64,000 nt of DNA from the NCBI GenBank assembly GCA_951406725.2, contig OX597843.1, positions 18,166,001 to 18,230,000 of the forward strand, read 5' to 3'. Shown here piece by piece: positions 28,095 through 42,385 of the stretch. This DNA comes from Octopus vulgaris. Its lineage: Eukaryota. Position 1 is the first letter of the stretch, and every line of letters starts with the position of its first letter. The notes under the pieces are model-generated. The model had not been told where the DNA came from and did no database searches. It saw only the letters and a list, made by a program, of their open reading frames with translations. The position numbers were made by a program, and so were the translations under genes.

Positions 28095-30860
28095 AAGATG
28101 TGATAGCTATCACCGAGACTTGGCTGACTCCAGCAGTAAAGGACTCAGAAATCCACCTACAGGGCTACGCCCTCTTCAGATGTGACAGAGAAAAAAGGCG
28201 AGGTGGAGGTGTTGCTGTGTATATTAAATCTAATCTCAAACCGTCCAGCAGTATTCTACCCACTAATGATCAACCTACAACAAAATTCGATGCCGTCTAT
28301 GGCAAGCTGAGCCTATCCGGGTTTTGCCTGCCCGTGTTAGCTGTCTACAGGCCGCCTCTTGCCAACCCCCAAGACGACGCTAATTTACTCGAAGCGATAA
28401 GATTTGTTTCAGCTTCTCATGACTGTTTGATATTAGGAGACTTCATCGCTCCCACGATCGATTGGCCCGCATCAATTTGTACATCATCTTCCCGGTTCGG
28501 CCAGGCCCTTCTTGACGTGGCTGAAAATTGTTTTCTATCGCAACATGTTGAATATCCGACAAGGCATCGGTCTGAGCAGCAGCCATGTATGCTGGATCTG
28601 GTATTCTCCCTGCTATCCAAGATCAGTGTCAGACGTATCTGTGTGCGCCCCTCTTGCCAGGAGTGATCATGCGGTCCTGAAGTTCGTCATGCACACAACT
28701 TTTTCTACGCCCACGACTACTTCGCTGCCACGTAGAATCTTCTCTGCAATTTATCTTGAAATTCTAACCGAGGCTTCCGCGCTTCTGGACTGGCGATCCC
28801 TGGTGGCGTTGTCCTCAGATGACGAACTATGGTCATCCCTCAAAGCATATGTAATCTGGTTGACTGACCAGGCAGTTTCTGTTGGGCTTCCTAAGAAGAA
28901 GAAACACAAGCCCTGGGTGACGAAGAAGGTTAAACGAGAACTTCGACTTAGAGATATTGCTTGGGCTGAATTCAAAAATCTAGATTCGACTGCAGCTTTA
29001 GAGGTGTACAAAACTCAACGAGACCGAGCCGTGAAAATTGAAAAGGAAGAAAGCTTCAGATATGAATACAAAATCGCGGCAAACGCCAGTAGCAATCCAA
29101 AAACCTTCTTTGCCCATGTCCAACGGAATTCCCGCTTGAACAACCAAATTGCAACGTTGGTAGACTCAACAGGCGTATCGATTGAGGACCCTAATCAACA
29201 GAGTCAATTATTTGCCGAGGCTTTTTCAACTATTTTCAAACAAGATGATGGTCGTGAACCCCCTCCATTTGATAGATCGGTACCTCCAATGCTTCGATTA
29301 GTCATCACGCGGGACGAAGTCGAACGCGTTATTCAAGTCCTCGATGTCAACAAGAGTCACGGCCCTGACGGCATACACCCACGGGTTATCAAAGCGTTGG
29401 CTCCGGTCATCTGCGAGCCCTTAACACGTCTATTCAATATGTCATTGGCGACGGGTGTTATACCTGCGGACTGGAGAACAGCTACTATCTGCCCAATTTT
29501 CAAGAAAGGGAGCCGCGAAGACCCGCTTAACTACCGACCGGTTTCCCTTACATCAATAATCAGCAAGATGTTCGAAACTATCCTTAAGAAAAGTATGATG
29601 CTCCACCTCCAAAACAGCCTCTATCTATGATTCCGAACACGGCTTCGTGCCGAAGAGATCATGCTTGACCAACTTACTGGTAATAGAAGAATTGGTGACG
29701 CGCATCCTCGATGATAGTGATGCTGTTGACATCGTTTTATTGGACTTTGCCAAAGCTTTTGACTCGGTAAACCACCGCCTATTACTTGTCAAGCTTCAAG
29801 CATATAGTTTCCATCCGGATATTGTACGATGGGTTGGTGCCTTACTCCCAGATCGCTCCTTCCAAGTCGAAGTTAATGGTTCGCGGTCCGACGTCTCCAG
29901 TGCGAGCAGTGGCGTGCCTCAAGGTTCAGTGCTTGGGCCCTTATTGTTCTTAGTCTTCATAAATGACTTACCCGACGACCTCACGCAACACACCCTTCTA
30001 TTTGCCGACGATGTGAAACTGGTCGCTCCTCGCGATGATATAGAGGATCTTCGTCGATGCCTCCACCAAATTTGGAGATGGTCTAACGATGGTCAAAGTG
30101 CTGTCATCTGCCTGTTGGCTCTCCTCCTGCAACTCAACTTGATTTCGAGCCGAGTCGTCTGCAGCTGGAGGGGACCGATCAGGTAAAGGATCTGGGTATC
30201 TTGGTGGATTCCTCCTTTTCGCCCTCGGCCCAGTGCGTCCATGCTGCCAACAAAGCACGCGGAGTTCTGTTCTTGATTCGACGGTCATTCGGAATGCTCA
30301 CAGCAGCCATATTCCTACCGCTCTATGTCACGCTGGTGAGACCCATATTGGAGTACGGGATTCAAGCCTCTTCTCCTTATCTCCTCAAAGACATACATCA
30401 TCTCGAAAGAGTCCAGAAGCTGGCTACCCGCATGGTTCTTGGTCTCAAGCATTTGACTTATGAAGAAAGGCTAAAGACGCTCGACCTTTATTCTCTAGAA
30501 AAACGACGACGCCGTAGTGATCTCATTCTTGCTCACAACATCATAAGCGGAAAGTGTAACCTCTCGAAAGAGCTGTTCTTCACTCCTGCTCTAGACCGTC
30601 GGCTGCGGGGTCATTCCGAAAAGCTCTATCTGCGACGATTTCATCTTAATCGAAGGAGAGGGGCTTTCTCCGTCCGGGTTGCGGATCCGTGGAATAAGCT
30701 GCCAGACGAGATGGTGAAGATGCCGACGACCGTTCGGTTCAAAGTGTCCCTTGACTACAAGTGGCCTGAACTCTTTACATGAACACCACCCTGTACATAA
30801 CTCCATGTCCCCCTACATGGCCTTGCTTTTTGCTTTTTGAGCCAAAAAATTAACTAACTA
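28095..30860 (+). mobile_element. 5'-truncated CR1-like LINE ORF2 (APE + RT), frameshifted
   Basis: DVIAITETWL, VYRPP, LGDF, SDH; KSHGPDGIHP, NYRPVSLTS, DFAKAFDSV, GVPQGSVLGPLLF, FADD; C-terminal LERVQK.ATRMV..YEERL; (TAAC)n tail. Confidence 0.92.
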
Positions 30861-30883
30861 TATTTCCATAGAGGTAACCATTC

Positions 30884-32530
30884 AAAATCCGAAAAACAGA
30901 AAAATACTTTTAATTTTGAATAAAATAAAATAAATGTTTATCCCTAAACAAAGTGAAACATAAATGCTATAAATAGAATTTAAAAAAGTTAAGGAATGCT
31001 ATTGGTTTTGTAAAAAAGATGTTTGCAGTTTTGTCAAGATGTTTGCAGTTCTGCTCTAAAAATATTCAGTAGAACAAATCTAGCACTTGGATATCTCACT
31101 GAATGATGGATCGGGGCACTGAGTATGGCAATGTATATATGTATGACGTTATTTGGTTTTATTTCAAGAAGTTTTTCCCGTAGGAAAAGCGCCGGTTTCT
31201 AACCTAGGTCCAAGGCTCCTTCATTGGAATTACAACATTAACAACAGGGTATTTTTGTTTGTTTGTATGTATTTATATGTGCAGATTTGTATGATTTGTA
31301 CTATGTATGTATACTCGTGCATATAGTTGCATATCTAGGCATGCTGATATATATTTAAATGCTAAACTTCTGGAAAGTTTTACGGATTTCTACAGTTCCA
31401 GTGATGGTTTGGATCTGTATTTTTCGAATTAGCTTTCTCCTTTCTGGTTTTGAGAAGCCGAATTTCTCAAGATCGGTATTTAGGCAGGGTTGTTACATAT
31501 CCCACGGGCTCCAATAATTACAGGTAAAAATCTGAACTTGTAATTTGGTTAGTGTAACTTCAGATTTGTCAATAGTTCAGCATAGGTGTTCTCTTTTTCA
31601 TTGATCTTCATCTTTAAGTTAACATCCGCTGGACTGCAATTTCCACAACTGTACACAGTTTCTCTTCTCTATCCCAAATCGTTATATCAGGTCTACTGTA
31701 CTTATATTCCACTAGTACTCCTTTTTATTATTAGTAGCTATGGCTTCTACCATACTGTGGGTTCTTATTTCTTTGTCCTCGGTGTTACCCTTCCAATGAA
31801 TTTCATCACAGTGTGTCCTAGCTACAACATCATGCCTCATCGGTAGATTATACTGTGATAACATTTTCAGACAACTGCTTATGAATGGTTGATGTGTTCG
31901 GTGTTAACCCCACAAAATCTGCACCAGAAGAACATTTTACTACTTTTCCTGCATCTCTATCGCTTTTGTGCTGTAGGTATTTGGTTGATGTTTTCCGAAA
32001 TTGCAAACGGATACCTTCAAAGTGGGAGGTAGTAATCCGGCTATTGGTCCATCATAGATCGCTTTGATGATCAGTGTTACTATCATAATGGAGCCTCCTA
32101 CAAATATATCCATGAATAATCTTCTGCTGATATATGCTCATCGTTTCCCCTAATGATACATAGCGATAGGGTCGCACAACTTCTATGGGTATGCATTTCA
32201 GGTTATCTGACAAGGAATGCTGCTCAAGGAGTTACCTTCCAAGTCTTATGATATCATCAGCCTCATCTAGGCAAACTTGGTCAAGGTTAAGAGGTGTTGC
32301 CGAAGGGATAGGATACGACATTCAAAGGCAATCTAGATTGATGTTAAGCCTCTGGCAGACATGTATGTATGTGTGTATGTATATATATCCATGTGTGTTT
32401 GTGTATGTATACATATATATGTGTGTGTATATATATATGTGTGTGTGTGTATATATGTATGTATGTTTGTGCATGTTTTTACTGTCTGTCTTTATGTATA
32501 TATATATTCATGTGTGTGTGTATGTATGTA

Positions 32531-32573
<43 letters not shown>

Positions 32574-32640
32574 ATGTATGCATGCGTCTGTGTATGTATG
32601 TATGTGTGTATGTATGTATGTATGTATGTTTGTGTATGTA
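30884..32640 (+). repeat. Segmental duplicate of ~14191-15900 (includes minus-strand RLE-LINE fragment at ~31580-32360)
   Basis: Near-identical colinear sequence; duplicated ORF starts MGMHFRL at 15487 and 32185. Confidence 0.92.
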
Positions 32641-33142
32641 TGCATGTATTATGTATGTGTGTGTGTGTGTATGTGTTTGTTTGTGTGTGTGTGTGTGAAC
32701 CGGTTTAGTTGCCGTCAACTCGGTGATGCCTGGGAATGTTGTGTTCCTAGAAAGTCAGCAGAACTGAAAACAAAACCTGTTACAAGGACGAAGGAACGTA
32801 GCTGCATGTCCCTCAGAAATTCTGGGCTGGCGTCCTGTCTGAAGAAAGACCTCTGGGAAGGGGGCACTCCTCAACGCTATCACGTCAGACAAACTTTGTA
32901 TTGACGAGTCACCAATGTAGAAAATGGAAGAGGATCGTTCAGTAAATTTCTGTGGATTACTGATTTGAGGTAACAAGTCTCATATTCGCGAGGGACCCAA
33001 CATTTGCATCCATTGGAAATCTATTCATACAAACTTCCTTTTGCTGGAAGGAGCAGGCAATGCTTTGTCAAAATTCATAAAGAAGATGACTAAATAAATA
33101 TGACTGTTGGAGTAATGTTCAGGATATATTTTGCATTCATTA

Positions 33143-33187
<45 letters not shown>

Positions 33188-33556
33188 GCACACACACACA
33201 CGCACACACACACACACATGAACATGCGCATATATGCAAATTTATACTCATATACTTACATATTCATACATTAGTGTGTATATATGTGTGCGTGTATATA
33301 TATGAGTATATATAATGTTTGTAGATTCAGTCTGACGAAATGTAGCCGCAGCGATGCATTTAACAAATCATGTTAAATGTACCCGGGCAGCCACAGTTAT
33401 AGTCACATACAATACATTTAAAGACACATACACACGGATATACAATCACTTATATACGCTCTTGTACCATACGGCGTATGTGCATAGACGCAGCCATCTA
33501 TATTTACACATTCACGGACACATACACACACATGTGCCTATGCACATACACACACA

Positions 33557-33616
<60 letters not shown>

Positions 33617-33617
<1 letters not shown>

Positions 33618-33956
33618 GGTGGCTGCCCCCTCGTTATCAAAAATGGCCATTGCGCAAAAGCTTAATCAATGTTGTTATCGTGCAATGCCTGTGCAAGGAG
33701 ATTTTATTTGAAGTGAGGAAAGGCTGTGCACTGAGTCAATCCCACTCACTAAGCAACAGCTGCCATAATCCGAAAAGAAAAACAAGTCAACATCATCGGT
33801 AACCACTGAGCCGCAGGTTTTATGTCGGAGTTATCCCAGTTACCTGAGTTACCTTCTCTTAGAAGGATGCCCCAACAAAGGCTAGGAGTCCTTCACTCCC
33901 AATGGTTTAACCGCGCGATCGGGTATTCAGTCCGATTATTTCTATGTCCCTGCGCA
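33617..33956 (-). mobile_element. Bipartite non-autonomous RTE derivative (longer 5' part)
   Basis: Reverse complement matches 16110-16395 and then the RTE 3' end. Confidence 0.85.
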
Positions 33957-33986
33957 AGATATATATATATATATATGTATACATAC

Positions 33987-34050
<64 letters not shown>

Positions 34051-34206
34051 TGTACACATTTACACATGTACACGCACACATGTGTGTGTATTTGAGTATG
34101 TACTTGTATGTGTCTATATATGCGGGGATGTGAAGCGACAAAATGATGATAAATAGATGAATACATCAATGCACATCGCACGAGGGTGAATAGATGCATG
34201 CGTATA

Positions 34207-34241
<35 letters not shown>

Positions 34242-34713
34242 GGGTTAGTGTGACTCGGTGTAGGTTCTGACAGTAACACGGGCCATAGGTCAGTTAAGCA
34301 CCCCAACCAAACTCTTGACCACGCCGTCACACTTGAGTCCAAATCCAGCCATCAAAGGTTTCCGCATACTTTAGGGCCTTTCAGTCCAATGCCATTGACG
34401 CCCCGCTTAACATATTCCTTGTATTATTTTATCAACCACTTCCTGTATACACACCACAAGTATCTATACTTCACCCATGTTTGTGAACTACTAGCAACAC
34501 ACCATAATACCACCAACAGCTAGCTTGGAGCATAATGTAAGCCTTACAATTGCTTAAGGCTATTACGTCACCTGATTAGGTTCTTTTGCTCTGTACGACG
34601 CATCTGATGTCATTACATCGTTCCCTATTCACAAGGGAGCAGTACAGAAGGTAGCCGAAACGATTGCTGTACTAAATATAGCTTTTAATTACACTCCGTC
34701 TTCAGTATCAATC

Positions 34714-34780
<67 letters not shown>

Positions 34781-34992
34781 TTATACATATATAATTCGTG
34801 TGAACGCCTTAAAACCTTGGGTGCATAAAAAAAAATCATTCGTTACAATACAGGTGCTTAAGGGGACCCATCGGATTTAGCAGCCTAATTGGGTTTACAG
34901 GCACCACAAGTTTAGGGTCCTGGAAACTTATTATTCATTAATTTTACAGTAGATCCACCAAATATGGTTACTGTATGGGAATGTGTAGGGGA

Positions 34993-35062
<70 letters not shown>

Positions 35063-35066
35063 GTGC

Positions 35067-35117
<51 letters not shown>

Positions 35118-35346
35118 ATGTTCAGTTTTCTTTGCCAATATCACCCATTAAAGCTATTATCTATAATAAATTTCTTCACACTAATTTCTCGAAACTTAAT
35201 TTTCTAACTTTAAGTAACAAATTATGAAAACAAAGCCATATTCGTCACATGGAACAGGGGGGAACTTTGCTTCCTTCGAAGAATCTGCGGCATGAAAGTC
35301 ATAACATCGAAGTCTGATATTTTCTATTTTCTTCTTTTACAGATTT

Positions 35347-35546
35347 ATGCCTGAAAATATGTTCCGTCAAACTATGTTAGTCCAATGGACATTTATGTTG
35401 ATACTGTATACAAGATTGGTTTCCGGGGCTCCTGCCGTGCCAGATACATGCACCAAATGTAATTGCGATTCGTCTGGAGGAGTATATTGTACAAACCGCG
35501 GATTAATTTCAGTCCCCAAAAATATACCCCCAAATACGAGATATTT
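35347..35546 (+). CDS. First coding exon: signal peptide + LRRNT cap (MFRQTMLVQWTFMLILYTRLVSG-APAVPDTCTKCNCDSSGGVYCTNRGLISVPKNIPPNTRYL)
   Basis: Hydrophobic leader followed by C-x2-C-x-C-x7-C-xxRGLxSVPxxIPxxT LRRNT pattern. GTAAGT donor at 35547. Polypyrimidine tract + CAG acceptor ending 35342 implies an upstream non-coding exon. The start Met (35347, or a downstream ATG) is uncertain. Confidence 0.9.
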
Positions 35547-36198
35547 GTAAGTACTTGACTCTTTCTACATATTTTCATCGATTATGTTCTTCGCTAATCG
35601 CTTATGTTATTGATCTCACAGCTTTAAACACAATGTTAGAGTAAAACAGACCGATATGTTACTTGCTGTGAAGTCAAAGAAATTGTTTCTCATTCAATGT
35701 TTACTTATATTGAATTTATTATTTATAACATTGCATACACATTGATTTGGATCAGACTACTATCTGAACTTTGATGTTATTTGTCTGATCCCACCAAATC
35801 TCCTTATGGTACATTCAACGAACGGACAGTACGGAAACTTTGGTGCTTATAAAACGTGTTGTGTCTATCATAGAATTATATTATTGCTTTAATTATTTGG
35901 ATTTTTGTTTATTGTCACAATATGAATTGAAAAAATAAAACTGTTATAGGTTATTTTGTAATCAGCAAATAATCCTTGATTAATCTTCATTTATAATTTC
36001 TTCAAAGTAATTTGACTTTTTAATAAGATGGAGAAAAAGAAATAAACCGGACACAGCCCAGCATATCTTCAATCATTATATTATAAACAGACAGACTGAC
36101 AGGCAGACAGATAGATTGTTGTTTTTATCTATATTACATTTATACGGTGATGTACTTGCGTAGCAAGTGACTTGATGTGGGATAATGTACTAAAACTA

Positions 36199-36469
36199 AA
36201 ACAATTGCAGCATGGAAGATATTTGTAAGCCATGGAAGAACACAAAAACCGTTAGTTTCGCTTCAACATTTAAATTTCATTTGTGCCAAAATATTTTCGT
36301 CGCTTTAAAACCGCAACCTGTTCACTGACGAAGTTTTGTTAGCGAACAGGTCGCGGTTTCAAAGAGTGGAAAATATTTTGACACAAATGAAATTGAATTG
36401 CTGAAGCGAACAAAGGGTATTTGTGTATTCTTGAATGGCTTACAAATATCTTCCACACTGCAATTGTTT
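36199..36469. repeat. ~270-bp imperfect inverted repeat (hairpin) in the first coding intron
   Basis: AAACAATTGCAG..GAAGATATTTGTAAGCCAT ... ATGGCTTACAAATATCTTCC..CTGCAATTGTTT, pairing inward to a loop at ~36330-36337. Confidence 0.85.
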
Positions 36470-37619
36470 ACATCTTTTACGAACGCGAAGAAAAACTATT
36501 TGTTTACATATGGAATTCAAACGGAAGTTGACATTTAAAACGGAAGCGAATCTTGTAATATTAAGCATTATGATTTATGTTTAATATAAAAATAAACTTT
36601 ATAGTAATATGACTTTTTTTAATAACATGGGAAAAAGACTGGATATAGTCCCGCACGTCTTCGATCATTTTATTAGAGATAAAATGATTTAAGATTAATT
36701 AAAATTTCAACTGATTGATCTGTCCCAGTTCGATTGAAAACTGATGAAACATTTACGTGCTTTATTAACTTACGGCAGTGGGTTCAACTCTTATCATTTC
36801 CCAAATTTGTGATAAACAGCAATCTTAGAATTATATGTTCTTCAAACATTAACGTCTTAAAAGATGGCATAAAATAAAATAAATGATTTAATACACACTC
36901 GTGACAATCACAGCAAGTAATCTATGTTCCAGGCGATTATTTCTACTTAAATGACTTGCATCATTGCATAAATCACTATAAACTCACAGTTTTAATCAAA
37001 TATAATTATATGTAAGCGGATCGATTCATTCAATCAGATCTATTTCTCAACAAATTGGGAATGTTTTGACCAAATGAGAAAAATCCTAACGTAAAACAAA
37101 CAGCAAAATTTGAATAACGGTATTATCTAAATCTCTTATACCTCAAGATGTTGAATAGTAAAGTCGATATTCTATTTAATAAGTTATATATTTTCATCAT
37201 TCATAAGCGCGAATTAGCAGAAATCGAGTATTTGTTGTAACACTTGACAATCTAACTTCAAATTCCTCCGAGGTCGACCTTATGTCATACATTTTTGAGA
37301 TCAAAAAACAACCATAAATCTTTATAGCGCAACTATAAGGACGTCGAATCAGACGCAGTGTCCGATGGCTTGTAATGCTATTTTTTTTTTTATTTTTCCG
37401 ATGTTGGAGAAAGGAGCAGACAAGTTCCATAACTCTTGCAGGTTCTCCAATACTGGTGAAAGAGACACCATTAAGATTCCGCTTAAATTGTTACAGGTCA
37501 ACACTTACAGGAAGATGGACGATGTTTTGGTTTTGGGGGATTAAGGATTAAGCATAATGGTTAACACTGGGAACGGGCTGAGGTTTAATGAATCAAGGAT
37601 GATACGAAGGGGATAGACA

Positions 37620-38100
37620 AGTGAATTGGCAGTACCTGATTGGTGTGGATACGCGGTCAGTCAGCTCCTGGAAGAAGAGTCTGTAATATAACAGCAAAAG
37701 AGAAAAAAACACTGAGAGAAGACAACCTGCCTGTGAAATAGAGAATAAAGTGTGTCTGTTAAGGATGGATTGCTATGTAGCCAAGTCGTCCTTTTCTAAA
37801 TGCGATCCAGGATGTCTATGTGCAACACGGTTCCAAAGGAGGAGAATTCCTCATAGTGGGCTTTATTTGAACATTGTAAAGTGTCAACAGCTGTAGGGGA
37901 CTGAGATATCTTCTGGCTCCAATGGAAAGGGTTATTCTGTAGGATTCTGTCCTAGCTGTGCTAAGGATCTGCTTTCGCCAAGAGAGATGCTCGGTGCTAA
38001 TGAAGCCCAGCATTTTCAACGACAAGTAAACCAAGGCTACCATTCAAGTAACCTTGAGGGTACCCTTGGCTGTGCTCCACAGGTATGCTGTACCCCTTCT
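37620..38100 (-). mobile_element. Highly decayed LINE RT C-terminal fragment
   Basis: LSWRKQI..RRYLSPLQLLTLYNVQIKPTM resembles the post-RT region of CR1/Jockey-group LINEs. Confidence 0.55.
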
Positions 38101-39396
38101 CTGTCTCTACTCTAATGATCTATTTGATTGGTAGGCTTAAACCACATTTCGGTTCGACACCAGCATTTGGCAGTTTGAGTTCCTTTAGTGAAATCCCTTT
38201 TGTTTTAAGCATTCTGATCCTCTCTTCTTCCCATTAGAATCGACCGTCGTGTGAAGAGTATTGAAAAGTGCTTTTTTCCTAATCAAAAGAAAATATGACG
38301 TTTTTATGGCTGTCAGAATTCATAGATCTGTAAATGGAAACCTCTGTTCTAGGTGTAAGGCAAAGTTGAATTTTATTCAAGAAAATACTTTGGAAATCTT
38401 GTTAGGTAAACAAAAAAACCTGAAACTGAACCAGAATTGTTTTGACACACAGTATCCGAAAATGACACCTATTTATTGCATTCACATCACGATTTTAAGA
38501 TAATTGGTTCCCAGAATTTCATTATTTTTCCAATAAAAAAGCTTATGTGGATCAAGGTTTTCTTCAAAACCAAAAAGCTTTTTTTTTTAATTCTATTGAA
38601 AATCTAGTAAAATTCTTAAACTTTCTATAGACAAAGGACATCATTGTTTATGTGTAATATCTCAAGAATTTGCGTTTGGATGATTTTCTTGAGTGCTGAA
38701 CCTCCGCCATCATATACAAGTTCTATCCGCCTTGTTACCTTTGTTTCATTCCTTTTATGTCCCGATGGAAATGTTCTCCTTGTTTGTTGTAGTTGTGGAA
38801 ATAGAGCGGCTAAATACTGATATTTGTTCCCAACTTCTAAAAGCTCTCCAGCATGTTATCGATTATTTCAGCACTGTTCGATGTATTCGTGTTGCCTAAA
38901 AAGGCATTTGCAATTATTAAAGTGGAATTCCATCCTGTTGCTTCAATGTAATTCCTTGAATTTACAAAGTTGCCATCGTTCATCCATTTTTCGATTTGTT
39001 CTTTCCACTGCTCGGATCAGGAAATGGGATGTAGATAGAGTGAAAACGTGATCCATTATTATTCAGAGCCTTATTCAGAATGTCAAATTTGATCCTCCCT
39101 CTTGTACTTCTTCTTGTTGCCCTTCTTCATGTTCATCATCATCATAACCTTCTTCCTCTGTTTCTTCCTTTTCTTCTGTCTCTTCTTCTTCTTCTTCTTC
39201 TTCTTCTTCTTCTTCTTCTTCTTCTTCTTCTTCTTCTTCTTCTTCTTCTCCTTCTTCTTCGTTATCTGTATTTTTCCATTTATTTTTTTCTTCTTCTTCT
39301 TCTTCTTCTTCTTCATCTTCTTCTTCTTCTTCTTCTTCTCCTCCTCCTCCTTCTTCTTCTTCTTCTTCTTCTTCTTCTTCTTCTTCTTCTTCTTCT

Positions 39397-39431
<35 letters not shown>

Positions 39432-39687
39432 TTCTTCTCCTTCTTCTGCGTTATCTGTATTTTTCCATTTCTGCTTTTTCTTCTTCTTCTTCTTCTTCTT
39501 CTTCTTCTTCTTCTTCTTCTTCTTCTTCTTCTTCTTCTCCTCCTCCTTCTTCTTCTTCTTCTTCTTCTTCTTCTTCTTCTTCTTCTTCTTCTTCTTTCTC
39601 CTCCTTTCATTCTCAAGCCAAAGTGTTTGATAATGTATCACAATTATTTTCCATATGATCTTTTTTACTCTTTCTTTACTGCTATAG

Positions 39688-39759
39688 ACATCTGAAGAAC
39701 AACAACATCTCAACCATCAAAGAAGGTGTATTCACGGGGCTTTCCAATTTAATCTACTT
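39688..39759 (+). CDS. LRR exon 1 (HLKNNNISTIKEGVFTGLSNLIY-L)
   Basis: 72 nt, gctatAG acceptor, GTAAGT donor, phase 2/2. Confidence 0.9.
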
Positions 39760-40125
39760 GTAAGTTCGTTCAGCTTCTTGATACTATTTTCCGAAAGTAA
39801 TATTTGATGCTGATATATAAGCTCACAAATGTAAAATATTTCAAATTGCACCGAACAAAATCAATTCAAATTTGTAGAACGAAGGCGATTTAATGGGCTT
39901 GTAAGTTCGTTTCGTATGTTCTTCTTCTTCATTTTCTTCTTCTTCTTCTTCTTCTTCTTCTTCTTCTTCTTCTCTTCTTCTTCTTCTTCTTCTTCTTCGT
40001 CTTCTCTATCTTCTTCTTCTCCTTTTTCTTCTTCTTCTTCTCCTTCTCCTTCTTCTTCTTCTTCTTCTTCTTCTTCTTCTTCTTCTCTATCTTCTTCTTC
40101 TTCTTCTTCTTTTTCTTCTTCTTCC

Positions 40126-40156
<31 letters not shown>

Positions 40157-40430
40157 CTTCTTCTTCTTCTTCTTCTTCTTCTTCTTCTTCTTCTTCTTCT
40201 TCTTCTTCTTCTTCTTCTTCTTCTTCTTCTTCTTCTTCTTCTTCTTCTTCTTCTTCTTCTTCTTCTTCTTCTTCTTCTTCTTCTTCTTCTTCTTCTTCTT
40301 CTTCTTCTTCTTCTTCTTCTTCTTCTTCTTCTTCTTCTTTCTCCTCCTTTCATTCTCAAGCCAAAGTGTTTGATAATGTATCACAATTATTTTCCATATG
40401 ATCTTTTTTACACTTTCTTTACTGCTATAG

Positions 40431-40502
40431 AGATCTGGTGAACAACAACATTTCAACCATCAAAGAAGGTGTATTCACGGGGCTTTCCAATTTAACCCAC
40501 TT
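40431..40502 (+). CDS. LRR exon 2 (DLVNNNISTIKEGVFTGLSNLTH-L)
   Basis: 72 nt, gctatAG / GTAAGT. Confidence 0.9.
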
Positions 40503-40847
40503 GTAAGTTCGTTCAGCTTCTTGATACTATTTTCCGAAAGTAATATTTGATGCTAATATATAAGCTCACAAATGTAAAATATTTCAAATTGCACCGAACA
40601 AAATCAATTCAAATTTGTAGAATGAAGGCGATTTAATGGGCTTGTAAGTTCGTTTCGTATGTTCTTCTTCTTCATTTTCTTCTTCTTCTTCTTCTTCTTC
40701 TTCTTCTTCTTCTTCTTCTTCTTCTTCTTCTTCTTCTTCTTCGTTATCTGTATTCTTCTTCTTCATTTCATTCTAAAGCCACGGCGTTTCATGTTGCATC
40801 ACGAATATTTTCCATCTAATCTATTTTACTTATGTTTACTTCTTTAG

Positions 40848-40919
40848 ATATCTGGACAACAACAGCATTTCGACCATCGAAGAAGGTGTATTCACGGGGC
40901 TTTCCAATTTAATAGTCTT
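40848..40919 (+). CDS. LRR exon 3 (YLDNNSISTIEEGVFTGLSNLIV-L)
   Basis: 72 nt, ctttAG / GTAAGT. Confidence 0.9.
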
Positions 40920-41225
40920 GTAAGTTCGTTTCGTATGTTTTTCTTCTTCATTTTCTTCTTGTTCCTCTTCTTGTTCTTCTTGTTCTTCTTCTTGTTCTTC
41001 TTCTTCTTCTTCTTCTTCTTCTTCTTCTTCTTCTTCTTCTTCTTCTTCTTCTTCTTCATTTTCTTCTTCTTCTTCTTCTTCTTCTTCATCATCTTCTTCT
41101 TTTTCTTCTTCTTCTTCTTCTTCTTCTTCTTCTTCTTCTTCCTCTCATTCTCAAGCCACCGTCTTTGATAATGTATCGCAATTATTTTCCATATGATCTA
41201 TTTTACTCTTTCTTTACTGCTATAG

Positions 41226-41297
41226 AGGTCTGCAGAACAACAAAATTTCAACCATCAAAGAAGGTGCATTCACGGGGCTTACGAATTTGGAAGAATT
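41226..41297 (+). CDS. LRR exon 4 (GLQNNKISTIKEGAFTGLTNLEE-L)
   Basis: 72 nt, gctatAG / GTAAGT. Confidence 0.9.
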
Positions 41298-42160
41298 GTA
41301 AGTTCGTTCAGTTTCTTGATACTATTTTCCGGAAGTAATAATTGATGCTGATATATAATCTCACAAATGTAAAACATTTCAGACTGCACGGAACAAAATC
41401 AATTCAAATTTGTAGAATGAACACGATTTAGGAAGATAGAAAGAGAATATAAGAGAGCGAGACATTGTGAAAGAAAGAGAGTGAATTTGAGAGAGAAAGT
41501 GAAATAATAGGAAAAATTTAATGTTCTTTTATTGTAGTTATTTTGTTTCCATTCGCATCTCAATATATCGTGTTTGATCCCCAAATTTCAATGACTTTTA
41601 TATGAATTTGTATTAGAAATGATAACGTTTGTGAGAATACATGTTTGCATCAAATACTTTTAGCTGAATGATATGTGTATGTTCATACGTAAGCGCATGT
41701 AAGCGCATGTGACTAAATTAATTTTATGTCTTCTATTTTTCCATCTCTTGTTGTTCTTCTTCTCCTTCTTCTTCTTCTTCTTCTTCTTCTTCTTCTTCTT
41801 CTTCTTCTTCTTCTTCTTCTTCTTCTTCTTCTTCTGCTTCTTCTTCTTGTTCTTGTTCTTGTTCTTGTTGTTGTTGTTCTTCTTCTTCTTCTTCGTTATC
41901 TGTATTCTTTTTTTTCTTCTTCTTCTTCTTCTTCTTCTTCTTCTTCTTCTTCTTCTTCTACTTCTCCATCTTCTTCTTCTTCTGCTTCTTCTTCTTCTTC
42001 TTCTTCTTCTTCTCTTCTTCTTCTTCTTCTTCTTCTTCTTCTTCTTTTCTTCTTCTTCTTCTTCTTCTTCTTCTTCTTCTTCTTCTTCTTCTTTTTCTTC
42101 TTCTGCTTCTTCTTCATCTTTTTCTTCTTCTTCTTCTTCGTTATCTGTATTCTTTTTCTT

Positions 42161-42191
<31 letters not shown>

Positions 42192-42245
42192 TTCTTCTAC
42201 TTCTTCTGCTTCTTCTTCTTCTTCTTCTTCTTCTTCTTCTTCTTC

Positions 42246-42277
<32 letters not shown>

Positions 42278-42292
42278 CTTCTTTTTCTTCTT

Positions 42293-42323
<31 letters not shown>

Positions 42324-42353
42324 TTCTTCTACTTCTTCTTCTTCTTCTTCTTC

Positions 42354-42385
<32 letters not shown>

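Noticed and set aside
35347-35550. Stand-alone 67-aa secreted peptide
   Set aside because: The TAA stop lies inside the GTAAGT donor, and the phase matches the downstream LRR exons.
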